From NCBI GenBank assembly GCA_009602735.1, contig WELA01003621.1:1-64000 (forward strand): a stretch of DNA of 64,000 nucleotides, given 5' to 3'. Made by a program: the position numbers and the translations under genes. Below the pieces are notes generated by a model that did not search any database, was not told the origin of the DNA, and was given only the letters and a program-made list of their open reading frames with translations. The first letter of the stretch is position 1. Every line of letters starts with the position of its first letter. Source of the DNA: Mesotaenium endlicherianum (lineage: Eukaryota). This document shows positions 29,734 through 39,812 of the stretch, piece after piece.

Positions 29734-30724
29734 TTATTTCACGGCCCATTTCTATCGCTTTCTGTACGATCTCATAAGTTGAATGTGATAACTGCAATGG
29801 CTTCACAGGTACGCCTGCCAGCCACTTCATCACTTCGAAATAAAAGTCAGGCTTGATGCTATCAATGACTACTGCGTTGAAATCTTTCAGTGCAGCGGCA
29901 TTACACAATTGTTCGTATTGTCCTTTGATAGGCAGGGCCAGTAATTTTTTTCCCAGGTACAATGCTTCGGCCGGCGTTTCAAATCCAGCGCCTGTGATCA
30001 CACCATGGGAATGAATGAGGCTTTGCGTAAATCCTTCGTTGCTGATGGGATACAAGGTAACATTGCCTTTCTGCACCCGTTCTTTTACCTTCTTTGAAAA
30101 TACTTCAAAGCGAACATCCTTCACCTGTTGTAAGGCCGGCACCACTACTTCATCGCTATAATGCGAAAGGTAAACGGTAATATGTCCCTCATCGGTAGGT
30201 GTTGCCTGCAGTATCTCCTGCTTGATAACCGGTGAGCAGATGAAATCGTCGTATTGCTTGAAATGCAGTCCCAGGTATGCTTTGGAAGGTGCATATTGTT
30301 TCAGCACCCATTCTCCTGCTATATCTTTTTTATTGCTGCGAGGTGTGTGTTTACTCTGAAAACTCGCCTGGTGTCCGAAGCCAATGCTGGGTACTTTTTT
30401 CAAGCGGCAGGCCAGGGCTGTGATGCTTTCAAAATCATTCAGTACAATATCGTATTGTTCAACCGGCAGGTCGCGGGCTTCTTTCCAGATGCGTTTGCAA
30501 TTGAATGCTGACCAGATGCGGCGGTAATCGAGTCCGCCGGTATTACCGTAAAACAAACTCACACCATTACTGCGGTATGCAACAGGCAAGTTGGGTTGTA
30601 AATGGCTGTTACTGCCACTGAGGAAAACATCCACTTCTCCGTAAGTAGTGAGATAGGGCATCAACTCCATTGCGCGGCTGATATGCCCATTGCCTGTTGC
30701 CTGTACTGCATATAATATCTTCAT
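29675..30724 (-). CDS. GT-B glycosyltransferase (MJ1255/GT28-C-like)
   Basis: MKILYAVQATGNGHISRA, NDFE, GAGFETPAEAL, GQYEQLCNA; ATGA coupling to upstream phosphoesterase. Confidence 0.88.
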   Translation of the reverse strand: MKILYAVQATGNGHISRAMELMPYLTTYGEVDVFLSGSNSHLQPNLPVAYRSNGVSLFYGNTGGLDYRRIWSAFNCKRIWKEARDLPVEQYDIVLNDFESITALACRLKKVPSIGFGHQASFQSKHTPRSNKKDIAGEWVLKQYAPSKAYLGLHFKQYDDFICSPVIKQEILQATPTDEGHITVYLSHYSDEVVVPALQQVKDVRFEVFSKKVKERVQKGNVTLYPISNEGFTQSLIHSHGVITGAGFETPAEALYLGKKLLALPIKGQYEQLCNAAALKDFNAVVIDSIKPDFYFEVMKWLAGVPVKPLQLSHSTYEIVQKAIEMGREITTSSSQVWSDRSPLSQSYS

Positions 30725-31578
30725 GACTGCGCAGCTAAAGAGTGAATGAATAAAGCCACTTCATCTGTTACCACGTTCAGTTGCGGCAATTTCTTTTCCA
30801 TGGTGATTACAGGCGCTTTCATGGCAGCGAACTCCTTTTCATCGTAGTGGAAAATGTTCCACTCGTTCTGGGAATATTCCAGTGATGTGAGGTTTTCCAC
30901 CCAATCGCCACTGTTCAGGTACATTACAGATCCGTCTTTGGTTACCACTTCTCTTTTCTGAGGTTGGTGTATATGACCGCAGATCACATAATCGTATTTC
31001 TTTTCTATGGCCAGTTCTGCAGCGGTTTGTTCAAAATCGCCGATCCAGGCAACCGCTTTTTTCACACTGTTCTTTACTTTCTTACTGAAGCTCATTTTCT
31101 CTCTTCCCATTGTCTTCAGGCACCAGTTGATGAAACGGTTGAGCACGATCAGCAGATCATATCCGTGACCGCCCAGTTTGGCCAGCAATTTGGCGCTGCC
31201 TTTCGTGGTAGCATCAAACACATCGCCATGAAATATCCAGGTCATTTTGCCATTGATCTCCATCACCACTTTATCGGTAAGCTGGAAATTACCCATTTGC
31301 ATATCACTGTAACGGCGCAATATTTCATCGTGGTTACCTGTAATATAAATTACCCGGGTACCCATGCTCAGCAGGTTCATAATCTCTTTGATCACCTGTG
31401 TATGCGGCACGGGGAAATAGCGCTTGTTGAACTGCCATATATCAATGACATCACCATTCAACACCAGTATTTGCGGGTGGATACTTTTGAGGTAGTTCAC
31501 AATCTCTGTAGCGTGACAACCATAGGTGCCCAGGTGCAGATCACTCATCACTACCACATCTAACGAACGTCTTTCCAT
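30721..31578 (-). CDS. Metallophosphoesterase, PlcP/LpxH-like (usually annotated UDP-2,3-diacylglucosamine diphosphatase)
   Basis: SDLHLG, GDVID, GNHD, HGD, GHIH, NSGDW motifs. Confidence 0.88.
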   Translation of the reverse strand: MERRSLDVVVMSDLHLGTYGCHATEIVNYLKSIHPQILVLNGDVIDIWQFNKRYFPVPHTQVIKEIMNLLSMGTRVIYITGNHDEILRRYSDMQMGNFQLTDKVVMEINGKMTWIFHGDVFDATTKGSAKLLAKLGGHGYDLLIVLNRFINWCLKTMGREKMSFSKKVKNSVKKAVAWIGDFEQTAAELAIEKKYDYVICGHIHQPQKREVVTKDGSVMYLNSGDWVENLTSLEYSQNEWNIFHYDEKEFAAMKAPVITMEKKLPQLNVVTDEVALFIHSLAAQS

Positions 31579-31610
31579 ACAGGAAGGGGTTTAGCAAAGG
31601 TCCCGCCACT

Positions 31611-31650
31611 ATATGAAGTACATGTTATGCGGTCGTTATGGAATTGTTAC
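31611..31650 (-). promoter_or_regulatory. 11-bp-period direct repeats (OmpR/PhoB-type box candidate)
   Basis: GTTA at 31624, 31635 and 31646 (TAAC in gene sense), upstream of a degenerate -7 GACCTTTG at 31595-31602. Confidence 0.55.
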
Positions 31651-31681
31651 CCGGCCTCCTCAATCTTTGAGGCACAGTTGG

Positions 31682-32380
31682 TTACAGGTCGCCTAATTGG
31701 GGCCTTAATACGATGTCTTCCACTACTGCCATAGGAGAAAGTTGTGAAGCGGCATAGATCATTTTGGCAACATCTGCTGCTTCCATGATTCTTTTGGGGT
31801 CGATATTGAAACCATCCCAACTGGCGCTCATGGTGGCGCCGGGATGCACCGATGTTACTTTAATGCCATGTGATTTCAACTCTTCCCGCAGATTTTTGCT
31901 GAAACCATATAAAGCAAATTTGCTGATGCTGTAACTGCCTCCGTTGGCATACGCATGCAACGATGCGATGGAGCACATATTAAAAATATGGCCCGATTTT
32001 GCTTTGATCATGGCGGGCAACAGGGTTCTGGTGAGATGATAGGCACTGTAGAGATTAGATTGTAACATGGCTTCGAGCTGACCATCGGCTTCATCGTGTA
32101 CCGATCCGGGTATGAAATGGCCGGCATTGTTCACCAGTACATCCGGTGTTCCGAAGCCCAGGCACCAGTTGCCAAAAGCCCACGCTTCTTCTTTCACCGA
32201 TACATCGGCAGGGCGGGCTTTGATCGTAGCTTGCGGATAAAGGGATTGCAGTTCGCTTACGGCATCATACAGTTGCTTTTCTCCCCTGCTGCACAGGAAC
32301 AAAGTATTTCCCGCTGCTGCAAACTGTTCAGCCACTGCTTTTCCAATCCCTTTGGATGCACCTGTGATAACGATGTTCAT
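31682..32380 (-). CDS. Short-chain dehydrogenase/reductase
   Basis: ITGASKGIG, NNAG, YSISK, HPG; start at ATG 32380. Confidence 0.93.
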   Translation of the reverse strand: MNIVITGASKGIGKAVAEQFAAAGNTLFLCSRGEKQLYDAVSELQSLYPQATIKARPADVSVKEEAWAFGNWCLGFGTPDVLVNNAGHFIPGSVHDEADGQLEAMLQSNLYSAYHLTRTLLPAMIKAKSGHIFNMCSIASLHAYANGGSYSISKFALYGFSKNLREELKSHGIKVTSVHPGATMSASWDGFNIDPKRIMEAADVAKMIYAASQLSPMAVVEDIVLRPQLGDL

Positions 32381-32419
32381 AATGCCGCGTTTAAAATCCG
32401 AAGTTAATACCTTTGCCCC

Positions 32420-33115
32420 ATGAAATACCGTCACCTTTTCTTTGACCTGGATCATACGTTGTGGGATTTTGAAACCAATGCTAAGGAAACACTGAAGGAT
32501 CTGTATCAATCTAATGCCTTGCATGAAAGAGGCATCACGGATTTCGATGCGTTCTATGAACGCTATTCTTATCATAATGAGCGTTTGTGGGACAGGTACA
32601 CCAAAGGATTTATCAAGCAGGAAGAACTGCGGTGGAAAAGGGTATGGCTGGCCATGCTCGATTTTAAGATCGCCGATGAACTGCTTGCCCGCGCTTTATC
32701 GCAACAATTCCTGGAGCTATTGCCCAGCAAGACCAATCTTTTTCCTTATACAGTTGAAATACTGGAATACCTGAAAGCGAAGGACTATCACCTGCACCTG
32801 GTAACCAACGGCTTCGAGAAAGTACAGCACAGTAAGCTGAAACAATCCGGACTTGATGGATATTTTGAGGCGGTGATCACATCGGAAGGCAGTAACAGCC
32901 TCAAGCCCAACAAAGAAATTTTCGATTATGCATTGGAACAAACCGGTGCCGGCGTAGAAGAAAGTATTATGATCGGCGACAACCTCGATGCGGATATCCA
33001 GGGGGGTATCAATGCCGGCTTGGATACCATTTTTGTGAATCATTTGAATGTGGTGCCGCATGTAAAGCCTACTTATACTGTTCACCACCTGAAGGAACTG
33101 GAATCTATCTTATAA
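32420..33115 (+). CDS. yjjG: YjjG-family HAD non-canonical pyrimidine nucleotidase
   Basis: FFDLDHTLWDF, VTNGF, KP..EIF, MIGDNLDADI; TACCTTTG -7 element at 32408. Confidence 0.88.
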   Translation: MKYRHLFFDLDHTLWDFETNAKETLKDLYQSNALHERGITDFDAFYERYSYHNERLWDRYTKGFIKQEELRWKRVWLAMLDFKIADELLARALSQQFLELLPSKTNLFPYTVEILEYLKAKDYHLHLVTNGFEKVQHSKLKQSGLDGYFEAVITSEGSNSLKPNKEIFDYALEQTGAGVEESIMIGDNLDADIQGGINAGLDTIFVNHLNVVPHVKPTYTVHHLKELESIL

Positions 33116-33147
33116 CAAAGGCCCTGCCATGGCGGGGCCTTTGTTAT
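33112..33147. terminator. Bidirectional Rho-independent terminator
   Basis: ATAACAAAGGCCCTGCC-AT-GGCGGGGCCTTTGTTAT between convergent genes. Confidence 0.85.
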
Positions 33148-33162
33148 TTTAAATTCGTTGGC

Positions 33163-33366
33163 TTATGCTTTAGCCGGTGCTGCCTTTACAGTTGTTTTTG
33201 CAGCCGCGGGCTTTACTTCTTTTGTCTCTTTTTTGTCTTTGCTGCAGCGATTAGCGCCTTTTTTGCAGCAGGATTTATCACATTTTTTACCGTCTTTGCC
33301 TTCGTGTGCAAAAGCAGTACCTGTTACCAGGAAAGCAGCCATAGCCAATACCCATAATTTTTTCAT
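33163..33366 (-). CDS. Small secreted Cys/Lys-rich protein
   Basis: Clear signal peptide (AFA/H), CDKSCC..C cluster, Lys/Ala-rich tail, ends at a terminator. Confidence 0.75.
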   Translation of the reverse strand: MKKLWVLAMAAFLVTGTAFAHEGKDGKKCDKSCCKKGANRCSKDKKETKEVKPAAAKTTVKAAPAKA

Positions 33367-33524
33367 GACTCGAACGTTTTTTATTTAAGAATTCTGTTAT
33401 CGAATATAGTGTTATTGTCTGTTCTTTCATTAAGTTAATCCGTTAATTGTGCCAGACGGCATTGAATACGGGATTATATTATTGAATGACAATCATTTAT
33501 AAGCAGCCGGTTTCATCCTGTCTA

Positions 33525-35978
33525 TCAGAAAGGCAGCGCCAGTTTCACGCAAATATTCCGGCCCATATTATACATTCCGCTGTGACCGTTGGGTGATTGG
33601 TTGTAGTATTCAAAATATTTCAGCCTGCTCAGGTTGGATTGATATACTTTATCCAGCAGATTCATTACCTGTATGTATAGTTGCATGGACCGGCTTTTAT
33701 AGTACCTGATGTCTGCGGTAAGGCCTATATGTAACAAAGCATAACCAGGCGTTGGTGTTTCTGTATGATTCAATCCGAGAAACCGGTTTTGTTTCGCAGC
33801 CCATTCAACTTCTACTTTAGGTGTAATGGATGTAAACCATTTTGATGCAGTTTTTATTTTCTGTGTGATGCTGCTCCATATTTTCAACGGCGGAATAAGC
33901 GGCAGATAAGCTCCCTGTTCGCCTTTGCCTTCATAGATCTCGCTTTTGTTGAAGCCATAGACAACCGACAGATTGTTATCGAAACTAAATCCTCTGAGTC
34001 TTACCGGGTGAAGGGAGAAACCTGCTTCCATTCCATACAACTGCGCAGCTGCTTGCTGGTATTGATATGTTTTATTGCCCTGTGCATCCGTGATCGGGTT
34101 TCCGTTATTATCTGCAAGCATCGTCAGGTAAATATAATGTTGGATATGATTGTTGAAGAGACTCAGCTCTGCTGAAAAATTGCTGAACCTGGCGCTTGCG
34201 CCCAGGTCTGTTTCCAGTGAAAACTCGGGATCGAAATTCCGGTTACCAAGATAAATGATGTGCGCACCGGGATCCAGGCCGCTGGATGCCATTTCCGTAA
34301 TATTAGGAGCCCTGTAACCCCTGCCGATATTGAATTTGAGTCCGATATCCCTGGTAGCCTGAAAAGTAAACCCTACACTTGCTGATATTCCTTTGAACAC
34401 TTTATCATAAGCCGGGAACTGTAAAACAGCATTGGCCGTATCCGGTAATGCCACATATTCATCGAAACCCGCAGCAGCGTTGTTCCTGACAAAAAAATCT
34501 TTCCATTGCACCCGTCTCAGATCGTACCGGACTCCGCCACTCACACCCCATTTCCCCGATTTCCATTTTGCATACCAATAGGCGCCGCCGTCGTACAGCG
34601 CATAATCGGGAATGGGAAAATCTGTTGCATCAATACTTTTGTTCTGTTGCAGCATTCCATTGATGCCCACTGTAACCTCCATATTACCCAACCGGGGTGC
34701 ATCATACCGCAACCCATAGTTCAACGTATTCAACCGCACATGCATTCCAGCCTGGTTGGGCATGGTGGGGTGATTGTATTCACGCCTGATATTTTGTTGC
34801 AGTGAAAAAATAATATCTGCATTGCCTTTACCTAACTGGTAAAAATGATGGGTGTATATCCGGTAGTGATCGATGCGTTGATGGAGTGGTGAAAGCCGAT
34901 ACGTATTTAGTTCATTGTATGGTATCAGCGGCCTGCTCTTGATGTCATCATTGTTTCCTTCCCGAACCTGTTTGGTAAATTGTCGTGTTAACGAATCGCG
35001 GCTTCCATCCGGGATGCCTTGCAGGTTGTTGTACAGGGTAAAATTAAAATGGGAATATCCTTTGTTGGTTTTAAAACCAGCCAGTGCCGACAGGTTCTTT
35101 TCGTCAAAATTGGTATTGTAAACCCTGTTGTCAATGGCATTGCGGTAATTGTTGGCCATACGATAAGAGCCTCTTAACACAAATAAAAATTTTCGTCCAC
35201 TGTATCCTATGCGCAGCCCATTTCCCGCCAGGTTGTTGTTCGACTGGTATTCGCTTACGATTTTACCATGCAGTTTTCCATCATCTATATCAGGAATATA
35301 GGGAAACAAACTGATCACACCCGCGAGGGCATCAGACCCGTACATCAGGCTGGCCGGCCCTTTGATCACTTCTGCCCTGTTGATATCATAAGCATCCACT
35401 TCAATGCCATGCTCATCTCCCCATTGCTGCCCCTCCTGGCGAATGCCATCGTAAAGCGTAAGTACCCGATTATAACCCAATCCACGAATGGAAGGTTTAG
35501 AAACATTCGGGCCTGTTTTCACCGTATGCAATCCAGGCACATTCCTGGCCAGTACATCCATCAGATCAGATGCCGCGGTACGTTCCATTGCACGGGAAGA
35601 AATACCCATAATAGCAACCGGATTTTCCCGGGCCTGTGTTGCCCTGGAAACACCTGTTACCACTACATCATTGAGCAATACATCATTGGCAGTCAAAAAA
35701 ATGCACAAAGTCAGGCTGTTGTTGCTTTTTACCAGTACCTGTTGTTCTGCATCATCATAACCCAGGCATGAAACCCTCAGCTGGTACGTACCCGCAGGTA
35801 TGCGTGAGAGCATAAAAGAACCTAAACTATCTGACCATGCACCGAAGGCAGTTCCTGCAAGACTAATGCTCGCCCGCTCAACAGCTTTGCCTCCCGACAA
35901 AAGCTTGCCGGTGATTTTGCCTGTTTGCGCACTTGCAGTAAAAGCAAGCAATAACAATATGGATAAAATGGGCTTCAT
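33525..35978 (-). CDS. TonB-dependent receptor (probable metal uptake)
   Basis: CarboxypepD-like N-domain, LNDVVVTG, KPSIRGLGYNR, QEGQQWGDEHG, IKGPASLMYGSDA plug, C-terminal F. Confidence 0.93.
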   Translation of the reverse strand: MKPILSILLLLAFTASAQTGKITGKLLSGGKAVERASISLAGTAFGAWSDSLGSFMLSRIPAGTYQLRVSCLGYDDAEQQVLVKSNNSLTLCIFLTANDVLLNDVVVTGVSRATQARENPVAIMGISSRAMERTAASDLMDVLARNVPGLHTVKTGPNVSKPSIRGLGYNRVLTLYDGIRQEGQQWGDEHGIEVDAYDINRAEVIKGPASLMYGSDALAGVISLFPYIPDIDDGKLHGKIVSEYQSNNNLAGNGLRIGYSGRKFLFVLRGSYRMANNYRNAIDNRVYNTNFDEKNLSALAGFKTNKGYSHFNFTLYNNLQGIPDGSRDSLTRQFTKQVREGNNDDIKSRPLIPYNELNTYRLSPLHQRIDHYRIYTHHFYQLGKGNADIIFSLQQNIRREYNHPTMPNQAGMHVRLNTLNYGLRYDAPRLGNMEVTVGINGMLQQNKSIDATDFPIPDYALYDGGAYWYAKWKSGKWGVSGGVRYDLRRVQWKDFFVRNNAAAGFDEYVALPDTANAVLQFPAYDKVFKGISASVGFTFQATRDIGLKFNIGRGYRAPNITEMASSGLDPGAHIIYLGNRNFDPEFSLETDLGASARFSNFSAELSLFNNHIQHYIYLTMLADNNGNPITDAQGNKTYQYQQAAAQLYGMEAGFSLHPVRLRGFSFDNNLSVVYGFNKSEIYEGKGEQGAYLPLIPPLKIWSSITQKIKTASKWFTSITPKVEVEWAAKQNRFLGLNHTETPTPGYALLHIGLTADIRYYKSRSMQLYIQVMNLLDKVYQSNLSRLKYFEYYNQSPNGHSGMYNMGRNICVKLALPF

Positions 35979-36014
35979 AACCAGGTTAGTTGTTCGGTTG
36001 GTAAAAATATAAAG

Positions 36015-36033
36015 TTATGTTAATCTAACAAAT
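36015..36033. promoter_or_regulatory. DtxR/MntR-type operator candidate
   Basis: TTATGTTAATCTAACAAAT matches 13/19 of the DtxR box TTAGGTTAGCCTAACCTAA; lies in the 87-bp divergent gap. Confidence 0.6.
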
Positions 36034-36065
36034 TGAATCCGGGAAATCTTTTCTATCTTTAATTC

Positions 36066-36722
36066 ATGCTATCGCATACTGAAGAGAATTATCTCAAAGC
36101 ACTGTTCCACCTTACGTCGGAAATCACCGGTAAATCCGAGGCGGGAACCAACGAGTTGGCAACTACACTGAATGTGAAACCTGCTACCGCCAATGATATG
36201 CTCAAAAAGCTGAAAGAGAAAAAACTCATCAGCTATGAGAAATACGGGAAGACTTCACTGACCGCTACCGGGAAAAAACAGGCTATACAGATCATACGCA
36301 AGCACCGGCTCTGGGAAACTTTCCTGTATGAAAAATTAGAATTCACCTGGGATGAAGTGCATGAAGTGGCCGAACAGTTAGAGCATATCCAATCATCCAA
36401 ACTGATAGAAAAGCTGGAAAAATTCCTGAATTACCCTGAAGTCGATCCCCACGGCGACTCCATTCCGAATGCCAATGGAGAAATGAAAACCAGGGCCCGG
36501 AAAACTTTAACGCAGGTTCCTGTTGGCAAAACCTGTAAGCTTGTTACCGTAAAAGATGGCAGTGCTTCTTTTCTGCAATATGTAATGAAAGTGGGGCTCG
36601 GACTCAGCAGTAAAATAAAAGTAGTGACCCGCCAGGATTTCGATGGCACGATGGAGATTGAAGTGGATGGAAAGAAATCGAGCGTCAGTCAGAAATTTGC
36701 CGATAACCTTTACGTCGTGTAA
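36066..36722 (+). CDS. mntR: DtxR/MntR-family metal-dependent repressor with FeoA domain
   Basis: EENYLKA, RKHRLWETFL, VHEVAEQLEH, DPHGDSIP. Confidence 0.9.
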   Translation: MLSHTEENYLKALFHLTSEITGKSEAGTNELATTLNVKPATANDMLKKLKEKKLISYEKYGKTSLTATGKKQAIQIIRKHRLWETFLYEKLEFTWDEVHEVAEQLEHIQSSKLIEKLEKFLNYPEVDPHGDSIPNANGEMKTRARKTLTQVPVGKTCKLVTVKDGSASFLQYVMKVGLGLSSKIKVVTRQDFDGTMEIEVDGKKSSVSQKFADNLYVV

Positions 36723-36754
36723 CTACGCCCTTATCTACCCTCAAATAAATAGTA

Positions 36755-38947
36755 TTGAAGAATTTTATTGTTGCTACCCTGCTGTTATTTATTGTATTGT
36801 CATCTGTTGCGCAGAAGAAAAATGCCACTTACCGTTTACATATCCGTGAAACAAATGCATCAATTAAGATCGATGGTGTGATGGATGAGGCCTGGTTGCA
36901 GGCAGAACCAGCCTCACATTTTTCCATGGTATTACCCATGGATACCAGTTATGCGCGGGTAACCACAGAAGTCCGCATGACCTACGACAGCCGCAATTTG
37001 TACATCATAGCCATTTGCAATAAAGCATTGCCAGGCCCGAATATGGTAGAATCGCTCCGGAGAGATTTTAGTTTTGTGAAGAATGACAACTTTATTTTTT
37101 TCATAGACCCTTTTGATGATCAAACCAACGGCTTCACTTTTGGCGCCAATGCTGCGGGAGCGCAATGGGATGGTTCTATGTATGAAGGGGGAAAAGTAGA
37201 TCTGAACTGGGATAACAAATGGGTATCCGCCGTAAAGGATTATGACGACAAATGGATCTTTGAAGCCGCCATCCCTTTTACTTCGATGCGGTATAAAAAA
37301 GGAATAACAGAATGGGGCATTAATTTCAGCCGCAATGACCTGAAGACAACAGAAAAATCGAGCTGGACACCCATTCCACGACAATTCCCTACTGCTTCCT
37401 TAGCTTATACAGGCGTACTCGTATGGGACAAACCGCCGCCCGCACCGGGAATGAATGTATCTGTTATTCCTTATATTTTAAGCAGCGCATCCAAAGATTA
37501 TTCAGCACAAAGCAAGACGGAATATAAACAGGAAGTGGGCGTGGATGCAAAAATTGGTGTTACGTCTTCCCTCAACCTAGATCTCACCATTCATCCCGAT
37601 TTTTCGCAGGTGGAGGTAGACAAGCAGGTAACCAATCTTAGCCGGTTTGAATTATTTTTCCCGGAAAAAAGGCAGTTTTTCCTGGAGAACAATGACCTGT
37701 TCGCCAATTTTGGCTATGCAAACATCCGTCCTTTTTTCTCCCGGCGGATTGGCCTGGGTATGCCCATCAATTTAGGTGCACGCCTGAGTGGTAAACTCAG
37801 CAAGGACTGGCGCCTTGGCCTGATGGACGTTCAAACAGCAGCAGTGGAGGAAAAAGGGCTGCCGGCGCAGAACTTTGCAGTAGTGTCGCTGCAACGGAAA
37901 GTGTTTAAAAGATCCAATATCGGGTTGATCTATGTTGATAAGACATCTATGAACTATCATCCTGGTAATGATTCCGGCAAAACAATCTATTCGCAATACA
38001 ACAGGAATATTGGGTTGGAATATAACCTGGCTTCTTCCAGTAACCTGTGGACAGGCAAAGCCTTTGTTATGCGCTCGTTCAGTCCCGGCGCACAGGGTAA
38101 CAGCATGGCGCACGCAGCTCACCTGTTATACAACAGCCGAAAATGGAACATACTCTGGCAACATGAATATGTAGGCAATGGCTTCAATGCAGAAGTGGGT
38201 TATGTACCGAGAACGGGATATATTAAAGTCAGCCCCCAGGTAACCAGGTATTTCTTCCCACGGAGCGGCCATATACTCAGTCATGGCCTGCAAGCCAATA
38301 CTACCTATTATTTCAATGAACAGTTTCACCAGACAGACAATGAGAACATGCTGTCTTACCAGCTCACTTTCCGCAACCGTATTGTTTTAACAGGATCGGC
38401 TATACATGATTATGTTGAATTATTAAGACCATTTGATCCAACCAATACAGGAAAAGATTCACTTGCTAAAGGCACAAAACATACCTGGAACACCGCGGGA
38501 CTTGACCTGGTATCCCAGCCCCAGCAATTATTTACGTATTCGATAGCCCTACGGTACGGTGGTTATTTTGCCGATGGGACACGGTTCACCATGAATACTG
38601 AAATAGGTTATCGCTTTCAGCCTTATATAAGTCTTGCGCTCAGCACCAGCTATGACGACCTTCATTTACCACAGCCATGGGGACATACCGCTTTTTTTCT
38701 CGCCGGACCAAAAGTGGATATTACCATGACGAATAAATTATTTTTTACCACGTATTTACAATACAACGAACAGCAAAAAAATATCAATTTTAACGCAAGG
38801 TTTCAATGGCGTTACCAACCTGCTTCGGATCTTTTTATTGTTTATACCGACAATTATTATCCGGCGCCTTTTTTTGTAAAGAACAGGGCGCTGGTATTAA
38901 AGCTGAATTATTGGTGGAACATGGTCAGGACAAAGAAAAGCGCTTAG
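36755..38947 (+). CDS. CBM9-like + DUF5916 outer membrane protein
   Basis: IKIDGVMDEAW, WIFEAAIPF, WGINFSR, PDFSQVEVD, FELFFPEKRQFFLE, FFSRRIG; TTG start. Confidence 0.85.
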   Translation: MKNFIVATLLLFIVLSSVAQKKNATYRLHIRETNASIKIDGVMDEAWLQAEPASHFSMVLPMDTSYARVTTEVRMTYDSRNLYIIAICNKALPGPNMVESLRRDFSFVKNDNFIFFIDPFDDQTNGFTFGANAAGAQWDGSMYEGGKVDLNWDNKWVSAVKDYDDKWIFEAAIPFTSMRYKKGITEWGINFSRNDLKTTEKSSWTPIPRQFPTASLAYTGVLVWDKPPPAPGMNVSVIPYILSSASKDYSAQSKTEYKQEVGVDAKIGVTSSLNLDLTIHPDFSQVEVDKQVTNLSRFELFFPEKRQFFLENNDLFANFGYANIRPFFSRRIGLGMPINLGARLSGKLSKDWRLGLMDVQTAAVEEKGLPAQNFAVVSLQRKVFKRSNIGLIYVDKTSMNYHPGNDSGKTIYSQYNRNIGLEYNLASSSNLWTGKAFVMRSFSPGAQGNSMAHAAHLLYNSRKWNILWQHEYVGNGFNAEVGYVPRTGYIKVSPQVTRYFFPRSGHILSHGLQANTTYYFNEQFHQTDNENMLSYQLTFRNRIVLTGSAIHDYVELLRPFDPTNTGKDSLAKGTKHTWNTAGLDLVSQPQQLFTYSIALRYGGYFADGTRFTMNTEIGYRFQPYISLALSTSYDDLHLPQPWGHTAFFLAGPKVDITMTNKLFFTTYLQYNEQQKNINFNARFQWRYQPASDLFIVYTDNYYPAPFFVKNRALVLKLNYWWNMVRTKKSA

Positions 38948-38971
38948 TAGTAAACAAACACCCTATGTTCA

Positions 38972-39727
38972 ATGATTAGTATACTTTCCTTTTATTCTTT
39001 TACCGAATGGTTCCTGATCTTTCTGGCTTCTTTTATCATAGGGCTCAGCAAAGCCGGCCTGAAAGGAGTAGATATGTTGAGCGTTACTTTAATGGCGTTT
39101 GTTTTTGGAAGCAAATCATCTACAGGAATTGTTTTACCACTTCTTTGTTTGGCAGATATTGCAGCGGTAAGGTATTATAATCGCCACGCACAGTGGAAAC
39201 ATTTTTGGAAATTGGTTCCCTGGATGATAATAGGAATATTGATAGGTGTATATATAGGAAAGGAAATGAATGAAATCCTTTTTCGTAAAATAATGGCAGC
39301 GATCATTTTGCTGACCATCGTGATTGTTGTGCTGATGGAATATCGTAAATCAACGCAGGTGCCGCAACATCCGATGTTTGCTGTAAGCACAGGCCTGGCT
39401 GCAGGATTAACTACGATGTTGGGAAACCTGGCCGGTGCATTTGCCAATCTTTACTTCCTGGCCATGCGGATGCCAAAAAATGATTTTATTGGTACGGCAG
39501 CCTGGATCTTCCTCTTCATGAATCTTTTCAAATTGCCATTCCAGGTCTTCTTCTGGCATAATATCAATATACATAGCTTACAAACAGACCTGGTGCTCAT
39601 TCCGGCGCTGGCCCTGGGTTTTTGGCTGGGTTTACGTATTGTTGACAGGATACGAGACGAGCAATACCGGAAACTGGTGATCCTTTTAACCCTGATTGGC
39701 TCTGTTTTAATGCTATTCAAACGATAA
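38972..39727 (+). CDS. TauE/SafE (TSUP) family exporter
   Basis: GLSKAGLKG, STGIVLPLL..AD, TTMLGNLAG, FIGTAAW, NLFKLPF; multiple TM helices. Confidence 0.88.
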   Translation: MISILSFYSFTEWFLIFLASFIIGLSKAGLKGVDMLSVTLMAFVFGSKSSTGIVLPLLCLADIAAVRYYNRHAQWKHFWKLVPWMIIGILIGVYIGKEMNEILFRKIMAAIILLTIVIVVLMEYRKSTQVPQHPMFAVSTGLAAGLTTMLGNLAGAFANLYFLAMRMPKNDFIGTAAWIFLFMNLFKLPFQVFFWHNINIHSLQTDLVLIPALALGFWLGLRIVDRIRDEQYRKLVILLTLIGSVLMLFKR

Positions 39728-39812
39728 TTGTGATCCTGCTTTATAATTTCGGTATCTGTTTTATACCAAATTTGTATCTTTCAATCTCAAGCGCTTAATC
39801 AACCATGGCCAT

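Noticed and set aside
33158..33388. 76-aa plus-strand ORF
   Set aside because: Antisense to the better-supported secreted Cys-rich peptide, which has a signal peptide and terminator
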